A stretch of 64,000 nucleotides of DNA from Paraspadella gotoi (Eukaryota; Animalia; Chaetognatha): contig CM119271.1 of NCBI GenBank assembly GCA_051294375.1, positions 552,721-616,720 of the forward strand. Direction: 5' to 3'. The position numbers and the translations under genes were made by a program. Below are positions 23,001 to 35,657 of this stretch, piece after piece (the first letter of the stretch is position 1; each line of letters begins with the position of its first letter). Under the pieces are notes generated by a model. The model had not been told where the DNA came from and did no database searches. It was given only the letters and a program-made list of their open reading frames with translations.

Positions 23001-25354
23001 ATGTTTAAAAACTTATTATTTAATCTCATTCTAAGACATACAGTTAAAATATTTTTTTGGAAATATCCTTTTATAGTTATAATAATGCTTCTGACAAGGT
23101 GTACATTGTTTTTTGGTTCAAATAATTTGAAGTTAAGCAGGTAAGGTACGTCGGGTAAAGTTACTTTTTGTGTTTCATTTTGGAAATTTTAGCCAAAAAA
23201 ACCATTTTTTCAATTATGTTAGAATATTACCGACAAAAATGATTAAATTTAACTCTAAACAAAGTTGGCTAGACTACGGCATTAATTGAAACCTCTGCTG
23301 CATTTTCTAATTAAGAATCAAATCATTTTTGCTACTTTTAATAAAAAAAAAATTATGTCCATTTTTGTCCATTTTGAGTTTTATCTTGAGATTTGAATCA
23401 CAAGATCATTAAAGAAAAATTTTTTACTCTGGTTTTCGGCGTCCTTCTTATACTTCCTTTACCTCTGAGTTGATGCTTAATCATTTATTGTTTGCCTATG
23501 AATTAATTTTAAATTGACTAGTCAAAAACTTACATTTTTTACATTTTATTACAATTTTGTAACCGAAAATTCTCAAAATGTCCACAATTCTAATCAAATA
23601 TTCCCTATTGTTGGTGCTTTCTAGTACCTAAAAAATTAGTGGCAAAATATTTAATACTTTAGCTGGAAAAAAATTTTTAAAGCCCTACTTTTAATTTGTG
23701 AGGATTTTGTTTGAGGTGCGTTTTATTTAGAACTTAAACTCGGTTTCTGACTTATTTTATAGTTTTAATAGCTGAGAACATACTAAAGTTGGACAAATTA
23801 AAAAAAACCGCCTCCTTTTATTGAAAGGGGAAGCGTTCAGCAAATTAATTTCTCTCAATCGACAGGTTTTTGCGGAAAAATTTCCGCAAGAAATCTGTGC
23901 GATTTGTTCTTAATCTGCTTGCAACCAAACCTTCCGCCTAAAAATCATACACTACCCAAGATTTTTTTTCTTACATTACATTTTATTAAGATTTTTATAC
24001 ATCCAAGTATGATATGAATGCCAAAAAAAAAAATGAGTGCAGAATGAGAAAAAGAGGAGAGAAGAGATGAGAATGCGGTGAGAAAAATTCAAAGAGAGGG
24101 AAGCAAAGAGTGGAAAGAAAATTAATAATATGGGGAGAGCGGGGAAAACGAGAACAATTGAGAGAAAAGCGAAAGATAAGAAACAGGGAGGAAAGAGAAT
24201 CAGAGAGAGAGAAAACACACAGCAGATTGAGAGGCAAGGGGGAAAATAAAGGTTAAGGAAGAAAAGAAGGGACTGACACAGAGAAATTGAAGGACAGAAA
24301 AGTATAGAAAAGCGGAGCAGAAAGACAGAGAGAAAAAGAAAGAGACAGAGAGAAGGCTTCAAGAAAAAAAATAGTGGATAAAAAAGGCAAAAAAAATTTA
24401 AAATATACCGTGCCGTTATTTATGGCCTAAGCAGTAGTATATCTTAAAAAATCGCGATAGATCTGACGGAGCCAATTTAATCTTTAAAAGTTCCCCTTAC
24501 CCCTTTAGTTTCATCTTAATATATGGCAGATACCGCTAATAGATATGATTGTCGTAAAGAAATCATGTCTTAACCGTATTTTGAAAGCATAGAAATTCAC
24601 CACAGTGAGATTCTATTGTCTTAAGGAGAAGATAACTATAGCCAACCGTTTTTTTTAAAATAAAGAGTGTTTCATATTTATCAGTGCGGAAAAAAAGAAA
24701 TAATAGTTATTTAAGTTTCAATTTCATTGTTGAAAATACCCAATCAAATCACTGCCTTTTACTAAAACTTACTTTTATCAAAAAAATTATTAATGATGTT
24801 AACAGATAATTAAGTTAATCATGTAAGATTTCTGAATGCATAATAAAAGGGTCAAAACGGTAAGAAATACTATGTCATTATCTTGTAAGAGTGATGGAGG
24901 CCTTAAACCACCAAAGCCTGTCAAAGTCAGGGGCCAAGATAGCTTATTTATTAAATGAATGATAATTTTTATATTGGTTGTACCAATTTCATAAAGTATT
25001 TGACGATTAAGGCCTATTCGTTAAAATATTCTTAAAATTTTGTCTTACTAGTTCAGAGTTAAAATGACAAAAGAAATTAACTTTGTAATTATTTCGATTA
25101 CTGTACGTTTAAATTAGAGCCATGCTCTAATAAACTCATTCGTTTGTCGTTATGCTAAAGCGACACTCACGCGCTAAGATTTCCCTAGCAATGGTAAACA
25201 GTAACAAACACAAAATCAAACGTTCAAAAGAATCATCTTTACACCACCACATTTTTTAAAAACTGTAGAAGACGAAAATAGTAATAATTTTTTTTCCGAA
25301 TTTTTTTCATTTTACGAATTTTCTGAAGAAAACAAAAAAAAAAATTGTTTAACG

Positions 25355-25600
25355 ATGCAAGCAAAAAAGTTTATTTCATTGGTCATCATCTTTGCCCTTC
25401 TGTTCCAAGCGAGCGTCAAAGACGATCAAAGTAAGTCGCCGACGCTTTGTGTTTGTGGATTTTGTCGATATTTTTTTTATTCAATTTTGATTTGTTTTTT
25501 TTTAGTGGAGAAAGTTGTGCGCTTAAAGAAAATAAAGGGAGGACGCAAAGTCAAAGGCGATTTTTAATTGACTGGGCCCAGGCAGCAAACACGGACGCGG
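25355..25600 (+). CDS. Plus-strand paralog of the small secreted peptide gene (copy in third block)
   Basis: MQAKKFISLVIIFALLFQASVKDDQ, same intron, same truncation point as the 16450 copy. Confidence 0.45.
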
Positions 25601-26340
25601 TTTGGAAGAAAAATGTTTGAAAACTTATTATTTAATCTCATTCTAAGACATAACAGTTAAAAATATTTTTTGGAAATATCCTTTTATAGTATAATAATGC
25701 TTCTGGCAAGGTGTACATTGTATTTTGGTTTCAAAATAATTTGAAGTAAGCAGGTAAGGTTTGGGTAAGTTACTTTTTTGGTTTCATTTTTACTAAAACT
25801 TACTTTTATCAAAAAAATTATTAATGATGTTAACAGATAATTAAGTTAATCATGTAAGATTCTGAATGCATAATAAAAGGGTCAAAATGGTAAGAAATAA
25901 CATAAAGTATTGACGATTAAGGCCTATTGTTAAAAATTCTTAAATTTTGTCTAACTTACTTGAAAAAAATTAAATAGGTTTAATTTGGATAGGGATGAAA
26001 AGTTTAAAATCAGGTCAATTGAAGATAAGACATAACACTGTCATGTTCAGAAATGACCACTGAAAAAATTAACAAGTATGGCTTTTATACTATGCAAATC
26101 AAGGTGCGCGTATAAAAATTACTAAGTGATTTGAAACATCCACAATGCCCTGTAGTTGTTTAAAATTTGTTATAGTTTTTATAGTATATGAAAGTAAAAG
26201 GACAGAAAAATCTTTTGGCACCTATTTTATTATTGTATCTACAAATCGTTCAGACAGGGCAGGACGTTAAATTTTGTCTCGATATATGGTCCCACCCCTG
26301 TAGTTAATATTGAATAACCCTTCAAATATACAGGGGTGGT

Positions 26341-26557
26341 ATGGTGGACTAAAATCCACCAACCGTTCATCAGCGGCCATTGGTGCAGGAGGCAAGTCAT
26401 TAACCTCCCAACCCAAAAGGTCCAGGGTTTTAGCCGGTGGTCGCCGAGCAGTTAAGAGGGACAGGGCGCTTAACGGTGTTAGAGCTTGATCCGAAGCTCA
26501 GGGACTTGCTTCCTGCACCAATGGCCGCTGATTAATGGTTGGTGGATTTTAAACCAT
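26341..26557 (+). mobile_element. TIR element with tRNA-Gly-like core (copy in third block)
   Basis: TA-TGGT...ACCA-TA boundaries; arms reverse-complementary with about 5 differences. Confidence 0.7.
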
Positions 26558-27813
26558 ATTTTAGACCATGTATTGAGACAAAATTTAAAAATTCATTACT
26601 TTAATTATGAAGCAAAGGCAACTCCTCGGTTTCTCTGCGCGGTTTGAAAAATTATTGTTTAATCTCATTCTAAAACATAGCAGGTTTACATTGCCTATTG
26701 GTTAAAAAATTTTGAAGTAAGCAGGTAAGGTTCGGGTTTAATTTTTATTAAAACTTACTTTCATAAAAAATTTATTAATAATATTGTTAGATTAATTAAG
26801 TTAATTGTGTAAAATTTCTGAATGCATAATAAAAGGGTCAAACAGTAAGAAAATACAAAGTATTTGATGATTTAAGCATATTTATAACCAACAATATAAA
26901 CGCTCCTGGAAAAAATTCCGGTAAAAAATCGATGTAAAAACACTTGATTCCGATCCTGTTACATCTGAAGGGCTCGCATTTTTTTCTCTTGTCAAATCAT
27001 CAACATCTTGATATCAAACAAGCCAGAACAAATACTGCTTCTATATGGAAAAATTTTCCATCTTTGATTTATATAGAAATGTAAGGGATTTTTTCCCTTC
27101 AAGACAATATAAACGTATTTGAGATATGTTCCGGTTTCACAAATGACGTCAAAATTCAGGAATCCTCTGGCAAAGTGTCTGAAGGGATCTCAAAATTTTT
27201 CTTTACATTTTATTTAGTTATTTTAGTATGATACGATCATGGTAAAGTAAATTAGTTGATTTTGGTGAAAATTTATTTAAACTAAAAGTAAAAGAGGAGC
27301 TAACAATTGGAATTCTAATAGTGGAGTCAGATTCGGGAAAAATCTTCTATGGCGAAAATCTTCCAAAAAGGGGTGGATTTTTCGAAGATTTTGGTTAATA
27401 TTTTCTATATTTATGGTCGTATTTTTTTGAAACTTAACAATAGCAATATTGTCATCATTCTACATTGGCCGGTATAAGAATATATTAAAAAAAGTCCTCA
27501 GTTTCGGAACTGAATTGATCGTCGATCCAGCCAATCTAGTCGCGGCTAGACAGTGACAGTGAGTCGACTTACCACCGGTCTCTCTCTCTAATGAAATACC
27601 ACCTCTTCTCGGAGGCTTTGTCATTATTTTTAGGTTCGTCGTTTTTAAAAATATAAAAATCTAAAATGTTTCTGAGTATTCTACCATGTTCAAATTAAGA
27701 ATTTCCTTTATCGTTTCGTATGATTTTTATTAATAAACTTTAACAAGTAATTTATATTTCAATAATCTCAAAATGATACACAACTTAAATCATTGTTCTT
27801 GATTTTTGTTGAG

Positions 27814-28100
27814 TTACATGAGTCCAGCCTGATCTTTTCCTCCGGATTTTGTCTCGTCGTCCGTGTTTGCTGCCTGGGCCCAGTCAATTAAAAATCCGCC
27901 TTTGACTTTGCGTCCTCCCTTTATTTTCTTTAAGCGCACAACTTTCTCCACTAAAAAAAACAAATCAAAATTGAATACAAAAAATATCGACAAAATCCAC
28001 AAACACAAAGCGTCGGCGACTTACTTTGATCGTCTTCGACGCTCGCTTGGAACAGAAGGGCAAAGATGATGACCAATGAAATAAACTTTTTTGCTTGCAT
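27814..28100 (-). CDS. Small secreted cationic peptide precursor (copy in third block)
   Basis: Exons match 18937-19224; the intron is one A shorter. Confidence 0.55.
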
Positions 28101-28779
28101 CGTTAAACAATTTTTTTTTTTTGTTTTCTTCAGAAAATTCGTAAAATGAAAAAAATTCAGAAAAAAAATATTACTATTTTCGTCTTCTACAGTTTTTTTA
28201 AAAAATGTGTGGTGTAAAGATTATTCTTTTGAACGTTTGATTTTGTGTTTGTTACTGTTTACCATTGCTAGGGAAATCTTAGCCCGTGAGTGTCGCTTTA
28301 GCATAACGACAACGAACGAGTTTATAGAGCATGGCTCTAATTTAAATGTACAGTAATCAAAATAATTACAAAGTTAATTTTTTTAGTCATTTTAACTCTG
28401 AACTAGTAAGACAAAATTTTAAGAATATTTTAAGATTTATGATTTTTAAGATAACCAAATGATTGATGCGATGATAGTCATTCACTGATGCGATGATAGT
28501 CATTCATTGACGCGATGAGTCATTCATCGTAAATAAAACAAACAAACGCGTTTATGAGTGAGAGAGAGTGAGAAAGAGAGAGAGAGAGAGGAGTGTACGA
28601 ACTTTGTTTCTAAACATAAAATATTCTGACTAAATCTCAGACGTAAAATAAATCCACGAAAAACTAGGATGTAAATTTGGGATTTTGTATTGAGAAAAAA
28701 AGCGGGAATAAATGGCGATAATAAAAGTTTTTAGAAGGAGAAAAATAATCAGAATTTTTGAAAAGCACGATCACGCAAG

Positions 28780-29990
28780 AGATCGTACAGAGAGAGACAG
28801 AGAGAGACTGAGAGAGAGAAAGAGAGAGAGACAGAGAAAGAGACACAGAGAGAGAGACAGAGAGAGAGACACAGAGAGAGAGAAAGCTGGACAGCAGCTG
28901 GACAGCCGCTTCAGAGCTGAACTCGTTTTTAGACGAATCTGAATAGGGTTGAACTCCTTTCCTTTCTATAAATAAATATTAAAAAATAAATATTTGGGTA
29001 TAGAGCCATATAAGAAATTTTTTGTACATTGAAAGTATAATTAAAAATGTATAAATTTTCGTTTGAGCAGGTTCTCATTCTAAATTTTTGACTCACCCCT
29101 TTGAGATGGGCTACCCCTATTCAGAAGAAAAAATAATCAGAGAGAGAGAGAGAGAAAGAAAAAGAAAGAGAGAGAAAGAGAGAGAGAGTGAGAGATAGAG
29201 AGAAGCTGGACAGCCGCTGGACCGCCGCTGCAGAGCTGAACTCGTTTTTCGACGAATCTGAGTAGGGCCAAACTCTTTTCCTTTTTATAAATAAATATTA
29301 AAAAAAAAATATTTGGGTATAGAGCCATATAAGAAATTTTTTGTACATTAAAAGTATTCTTAAAAATGCATAAATTTTCGTTTGAGCATGTTCCCATACT
29401 AAATTTTGGATTCACCCCATTGAGAGGGGCTTCCCCTATTCAGAAGAAAAAAGAGAGAAAGAGAGAAAGAGAGTTAGAGAGAAGCCTAACAGCCGCTGGA
29501 ATCAGAAGCAACAGCGACGGAGAAAAAGAGAGAGAGAGAGAGCGACATATTATTAAGAGAGAGAAAAGCTCAACAGCCCTTTCACTCTTACTTAGTAAAT
29601 AAGTACCTATGGCGCCCGAGGTAGCGCGAACTCCTCCTAATCTGAAGGACTCGGGTTCGCGCCCTTGTGATTCATACAAGAAAAGCGAAAAAACAGAGAA
29701 AAAAAGGGAGAATGGATGGTAAACTGCTGACGGCTTCGTCTTCAATATTGGTGAGCCCATAATAATATATATATAAAATTTTTTTGTTAAAAAAAAAAAA
29801 GAGAGAGAGAGAGAGAAAGAAGCTGGACGACGCTGCATGACGCTGCAGAGCCAGAACTCGTTTTTAGACAAATCAGAAGAAGCAGTGACTGAGAAAAAAA
29901 GAGAGAGAGAAAGAGAGCGACATATAATTAAAAGAAAGAGAGAGGGAAAGAGACATATAATTAAAAGGTTTTTGTTTTGTAAATAAAACA
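28780..29990 (+). repeat. (AG)n-associated composite repeat with ~310-bp direct repeats
   Basis: GCTGGACAGCCGCT..CAGAGCTGAACTCGTTTTT.GACGAATCTGA at ~28897 and ~29205, degenerate at ~29822. Reverse-complement relative at ~63810-63935. Confidence 0.7.
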
Positions 29991-30117
29991 TAAACAAATA
30001 GGAATATTGATATGAAACATGAGAATTTTAAAGATCTTGATGATTAGAAGCCATATATAAATTTTCAACTCCCTATGATATCACACTTTTAGAAGCCATG
30101 ATTGCAAAAAAGCGTGA

Positions 30118-30250
30118 CACAGACGACGACGACGACGAATGCCTTTCAAGTCAAGTCAAGACGACGACGACGACGACTACGGCACAAAGAAGCGAAAGCG
30201 AATTATTATAGAGACAGGACGGGCTTCGCCCGGTCTGTCTCGATAAAAAA
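30118..30250 (+). mobile_element. 3' end of a third HINE/Helitron-like family (microsatellite + terminal hairpin)
   Basis: (GAC)n tracts, then AAAGCGAATTATTATAGAG, hairpin GAGACAGGACGGGC-TTC-GCCCGGTCTGTCTC and an A run; same layout as the family A end (AAAGTGAATTATAGAG + hairpin + A run). Confidence 0.5.
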
Positions 30251-32421
30251 ACTGTGGCTTTTTTCGTCAGAGCTAAGTCCTACTTAGTCTAAAGGATGTA
30301 ATATTATTGGAAAAATTTTCAATTAAGCTACCCTAAATACTGATACCCTGCATTGCTTTACTTTTTTCTATTTGGAAGTCATTTTTCCATAAATTTTAAA
30401 TGTTTATTTTTTAAATCTTGCGTCTGGACCTCCTTTAATAAAGGAATTTTAACAGTGTTATCATCTCCTTCATATATGCACAGGAAAGTACAGAAAAAAA
30501 CCAAATCCCGCTTCTTAGGCGAACAAGGATATTTTTTTATTTGATAAACATTTATGACGACACCTGTAATATCTTTCCGGTTTCTTTTGATTATTGTTCA
30601 CAACAGATTAAATTTTAAGAGAGATAATTCATTCCTGATTTTTTTTCCCATTTTTTTATTTTTAACAAAAAAAGTAATGAACTCAATGGAGAAGACTGGA
30701 CTAATTCCAACAATATTTTGGCGATTTTGAACTTGAAATCCTATTTTAAAGTTAGTAAATAGTGAATGAATAACATTTAATTCTTAACCAATTTTTCAAA
30801 CAGAAGTAGAATTTCAAAATTGAATTGATAGTAAAATTAAAATTATATGTTAATTTTATTATAATTTTCTTTTTTTCTTATTCTCTCATCTTATTGTAAT
30901 AAATTTTTAATAAAAAATCACTGACGAAATGTTTACGAGTTTGTCTTCGCCATTGTTTTCATCTTCCTCGTCCTTTTCGCTGTCATTTTCATATTCTTCT
31001 TAGTAGTTTTTGTCATTTTTGTCGTCATTGTCTTTGCCATCGTTTTTGTCGTCGTTTTCGCCAGTTTTCATCTCCCTCGTTTTTGTCTACTTCATTGTTT
31101 TTGTTGTTGTTGTTGTTATCATCTTTGCTTTAGTTTTGTTATCGTCTTTATTCTTGCCTTAGACTTATTTAAACTGATAAACATTACTGAATCTATAAGT
31201 TAGAAACTCATGTAATTACCATTTGTCTTTCCCAAGGATATGCCTCCCCATCACAAACGAGCCTCAGAAACTGTTCTTACCTCCTTTCCAACTTACTGTT
31301 ATATTGCTGCCAACGCTGATTGATTAACGATCTATGAAAACCCTGAAAACCTTTTAAAACAATGTCTTACCGTCTTTCAAATAAAAAATAGAAAACATAA
31401 GAAAGATTTGCTTCTTACCAAATTTTTAAACTCAAACTCAAATCGCTGGCAAACATTTAATTTTTTGACCACTTTCCCATTGGCGTAGAGAAAAAAGTAT
31501 TACATATTTGGAATCGGGTCAGTTTGAAGGACCAAACATTATGATATCAGCCTTTGACCCCCCCCTGACCCCCTTCATCACTGGGTTCCCTCAAGTTACT
31601 GGAGGCTGGAGAGGTCGTTTGAAAGAAAGAATCAGAAAATAAGGGAGAAAGAAACATAATTCATTAATTGTCAATCGATAAAAAAAGGGGTGGAGTGTTT
31701 AAATTGTTATTTTTCTTTTATTTATATTTTTTACATCATTATAATACTAAAAAAATGTTTTATTAGTAACATGATTTGAAGCGAAATTCAAGAGTGTTCA
31801 ATACAAAAATATCGCTTTTTTAATAAAAAAAAAATCCCTTAAAATCGTTGGTAAAGAGAGAAGGAAAGAGAGAGAAAAAGAGAAAGGAGAGAGAAAAAAG
31901 AGAGGGAAAGAGAGAGACAAAGAGAAAGGAGAGAGAAAAAAGAGAGGGAAAGAGAGAGACAAAGAGAAAGGAGATCATGGTAAGAATCTTCAGCGAAAAT
32001 TACTGGCCACTTGATCGGTGTGGTGTCGTCCACAATACAAGCATGAGTCCCTGAACTAAAGATGGAAAAAAAAATACTCAATTCCTTTTTTCTTCTATAT
32101 TCTATTTCTTACCAATTGACGAAAAACACTCTCTCTCTAAACACACAGACAAAGCTAGCTAAAACGATTTAAAACGCAGAGAGAAAACGCTAGGTGTAGC
32201 TGTTTCATCGCTAATCGCCGAATGAAAAAAAAAAAAGAACAACGCTTCTGTCATACGACCGTAATAACCGCCGTTTCTAGGCTACGAAACGCAGGGTACG
32301 GGTCGCTCCAGCGTAAGCACGACTCTAGTACGCATCGCTCCTACGCATTTAAGATCCTAAGCATAGTCACCGAATCACTCAATCACCGTAACACCCTTCA
32401 CGGATCACCGATGCAAAGTTT

Positions 32422-35400
32422 CTAATTATCCGGCGGCTCCGGCGACGGCTGCGAATTTATCGGCAGATCTTCTGCCTCCCGCTCAACTTCCCCTCCCTCC
32501 GCCGCCGCCGGAGCCTCGATCGAAATGGCCGGAGGAGGCGGGACAGCGTGCGGCAGCTGCGGCGGCTCCACGGTCGGCGGCGTCATCTCGCCCTCTTCGA
32601 CGGAGGCCACTGGTGGCGATGCGTGTGGCGGCGTCTCTTCCATTTTCTGCGGCGCTTCTTCCATCATTTCTGGTTCCGAACGCGCCTCGACAGGAACCGC
32701 TTCCACGGCTGCCTCCTCAGCGGCCGCCAATTCCGCCGCAGCAGCCGCAGCCGCAGCCGCGGAAGCTTTCTCGGCGGCGTAATAACCGCCACCGATGCCG
32801 AGACCGGAAATGTCACCCGGATCGCCGATATAGAAAATGTTGGATTTGCCCTCGAGTTGGGAAGGAAGGGGTAAAAGTTTGGGGGAATTTGGTGATTGTA
32901 TTGTGATTATTATTATTATTATTATTTATATTATTAATTATTAATATTATTTATATTATTATTATTAATATATTAATTTACGGATTTATTGTTATTATTT
33001 TTATAATTATTATTATTTATTTCTTATAATCATTTTTTGTTGCTAAAAATTTCTCGATTTCCCCTCCGCGCCCCCCCCCCAAAAAAAAACCCAAAAAAGT
33101 GCAGCAGCAGCCCCTGCAGTCCAGCAGCGCCGCGCCTCACTCTGAGATCGAGATTGAGATCGATGACGCCGGCCGGGACAGCGGCGACGGCGACTGGATC
33201 CTCGTACGACGACGACGACGCTGCCGACGAGGGAGGTTGCTGGTGAGAGGCGACGTTGCGCCATTGAGCTCGGAAGGGATCGTCGAGACGGTCTCGATGA
33301 AGGCGCGGGACCGGACGCTCCGATCGGTTCGTCGAGTAGTTCTTGGAGACGTCGGGGATAATCTTGAGTGGGAAAGGGGAAATAAAGAAGCTATCGAACC
33401 TTATGACTTTGGACAGACAACAGTGGGTTCAATCCTTCTTAAAGATGATAACGTAGCAAGATCCTTCGCTCTCCTCTCTACAATTCCTCAATCCCTCCCC
33501 CTCTCTCCTCTCCCTCCCTCTCTCCCTCACCTCTTTCTCCACGTGTTCCAATTTGGGCAAGCGACGAGGCGGAACTGCTCCTCCTCCTCCTCCGTCGACG
33601 AGCGTCTTCTGAAAAGTCTTCGTCGTCGTCGATTCTCCTCCGCATTTTCTCGGCTGCTTCCAAACATCCTCCGACTCGCCTGGCGCCACCACGCGGTAGT
33701 AGCTGAAAATAAAAATAATAATAAAATAATAATAATAATTTTGCAACTTTCATAAAAATAATAAGATAAGATGAAATTTTTTTTGTGTTTCGATGAAATT
33801 TCATTCGATGCTCCATTTTCAATTGTTCATGAGGTCCGTACTGATCAATTTTCATGTGGACTGATGATTTATATTCATATTTTATATTAGCGATTCCTAC
33901 TCGTACTACTACTAAGTGTCTCTCTCTCTTTCTCTCTCAATTTTCCCCACACAACACCGACCTCTCGGTATTGATGTCGTAAATGTCCTTTCGATTCGCC
34001 AACACTGGATCCGGTATAGCGTATTTCCGGTCCAGACAGAAATCCCTTCTCTTCTTCCACAGATTCTCTTTGTCCTCAACGGCTTTGGCGTAAGGGCCGA
34101 CCCGTTGCGGATCCGGCAACGGACCCCGGTTGTTGAAGCTTGAGTTGACCGCCTTGCGGACCTTAATTTGTAGGTAGAGAGAGGGAGAAAGGGAATCAAT
34201 GACAATTATCGAGAACTGTAGAGACTGTAGAAAATGTTGTCGAATTTTCAATCCTTGCGGAACGGTTTCAACATGCGTTTTAGGAAGTATGAAGAAATAT
34301 AAGAAGTATTAAACAGTATTAAGTATAAAGAAGTATTAAGAAGCAAACTATAGAAAATGTTGTCGAATTTTCAATCCTTGCGGAAAGGTTTCAACATGCG
34401 TTTTAGAAAGTATTAAACAGTATTAAGGATAAAGAAGTATTAAGAAGCAAAATGTCATATTTTAGCGAAGTTTGTAAGATTTCAAGTATGATGAAATGGA
34501 AGGGCCAGAAGTTGAAAGAGTCGGGTTTATTGAGCATACCCAGAATCAGATAACTAATCAAAAAAGGGGTTAGAGTCATTAAATTGGTAAGAGAAAATTA
34601 TTTCGTCAGTGATAATTTCGTCGGCAGATAAATTAATCGACTCAAGTCAATTTGGTCACCAAACGATTTCCTTCTCCCCCGAATCTTCCAACTTACCTTG
34701 GATTTCTCGTATGACAAATAAGGATTGGCCGATTTGGAAACGTTGACGCCGTCCGGAGCTGGAATCGTCGGCGCCGGTTTCTGTCCGCCCAACATGTGAA
34801 TCGGCCGATCGCAGGAGATGCAATGAAACTTGTTGATCTGGGAAGGAGTGAGGTTGAATAAAAGATAAGTTGAATGAATTTAATTTAATTGATTTGATTA
34901 AAATTAAACTGAATTTATTTGGGTTGAATTAAATCTAATTGAATTGAATTGATTTTAATTGATTCGTATTGATTTGAAAAGGTTAGATTAGATTAGATTA
35001 GATTTAAATTGAATTTTAATGAATTATATTAATTTAAATTCATTTGATTTGAATAATTAGAATTATTGCTATTTTGGGGCAGTATATTCACACTGCCTCA
35101 CATCCGCCACCGTTCACCCAATTCCATTGGCTCAGAGCGGGAATGTACCATCCCGGGCGTTGCGTTCCATCCACAGACCATTCTAGGGTAACCGCGCCAG
35201 TAATAGGAGGCGTCACTCAGGGTCGGAAGCCCCCAAAGCCAACAGTGAGATGCCCCATCCCAATGGGCATCGCAGGCAACCCGGCTGTTGCCATAAGTTA
35301 TCCTTTATTTATTTATTTATCCTTCTGGTTACCATCTTCTATCACGTGATCACTATCTCAAAAATAACAAACAACTCCCCCCCAACATCTTCATCTCCTC

Positions 35401-35614
35401 CCGTCAACGACACGGACCTTGAGGCAAGCGGCGTCCTCTTCGCCGCTAGCCACCCCGGCGATCCACTCCAGTCGACGCCGCAGTTGGTCGAGCCCATCGG
35501 ACACCCCCTTCTTGAAGGCCTCGAACGAGTCCAGCGACGTCTTGGAGGCCAACTCTTCGTTCAAGCGCTTCATCTCGGAGTCGAAGAGGCGCTCCATCGA
35601 GGATTGCTGGTCCT

Positions 35615-35657
<43 letters not shown>

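Larger units (their letters stand above)
20082..28430 (+). repeat. Third, indel-rich copy of the same block (probable assembly duplication)
   Basis: The first ~290 nt are identical to 11155-11440, including the same chimeric join. Colinear with 11155-19530 throughout. Confidence 0.85.

Noticed and set aside
35185-35220. HDV-ribozyme-like GCC-TCCT..-GGC-GCGG motif on the minus strand
   Set aside because: No complementary P1 strand was found upstream, and the motif is not kept in the 47281 copy.
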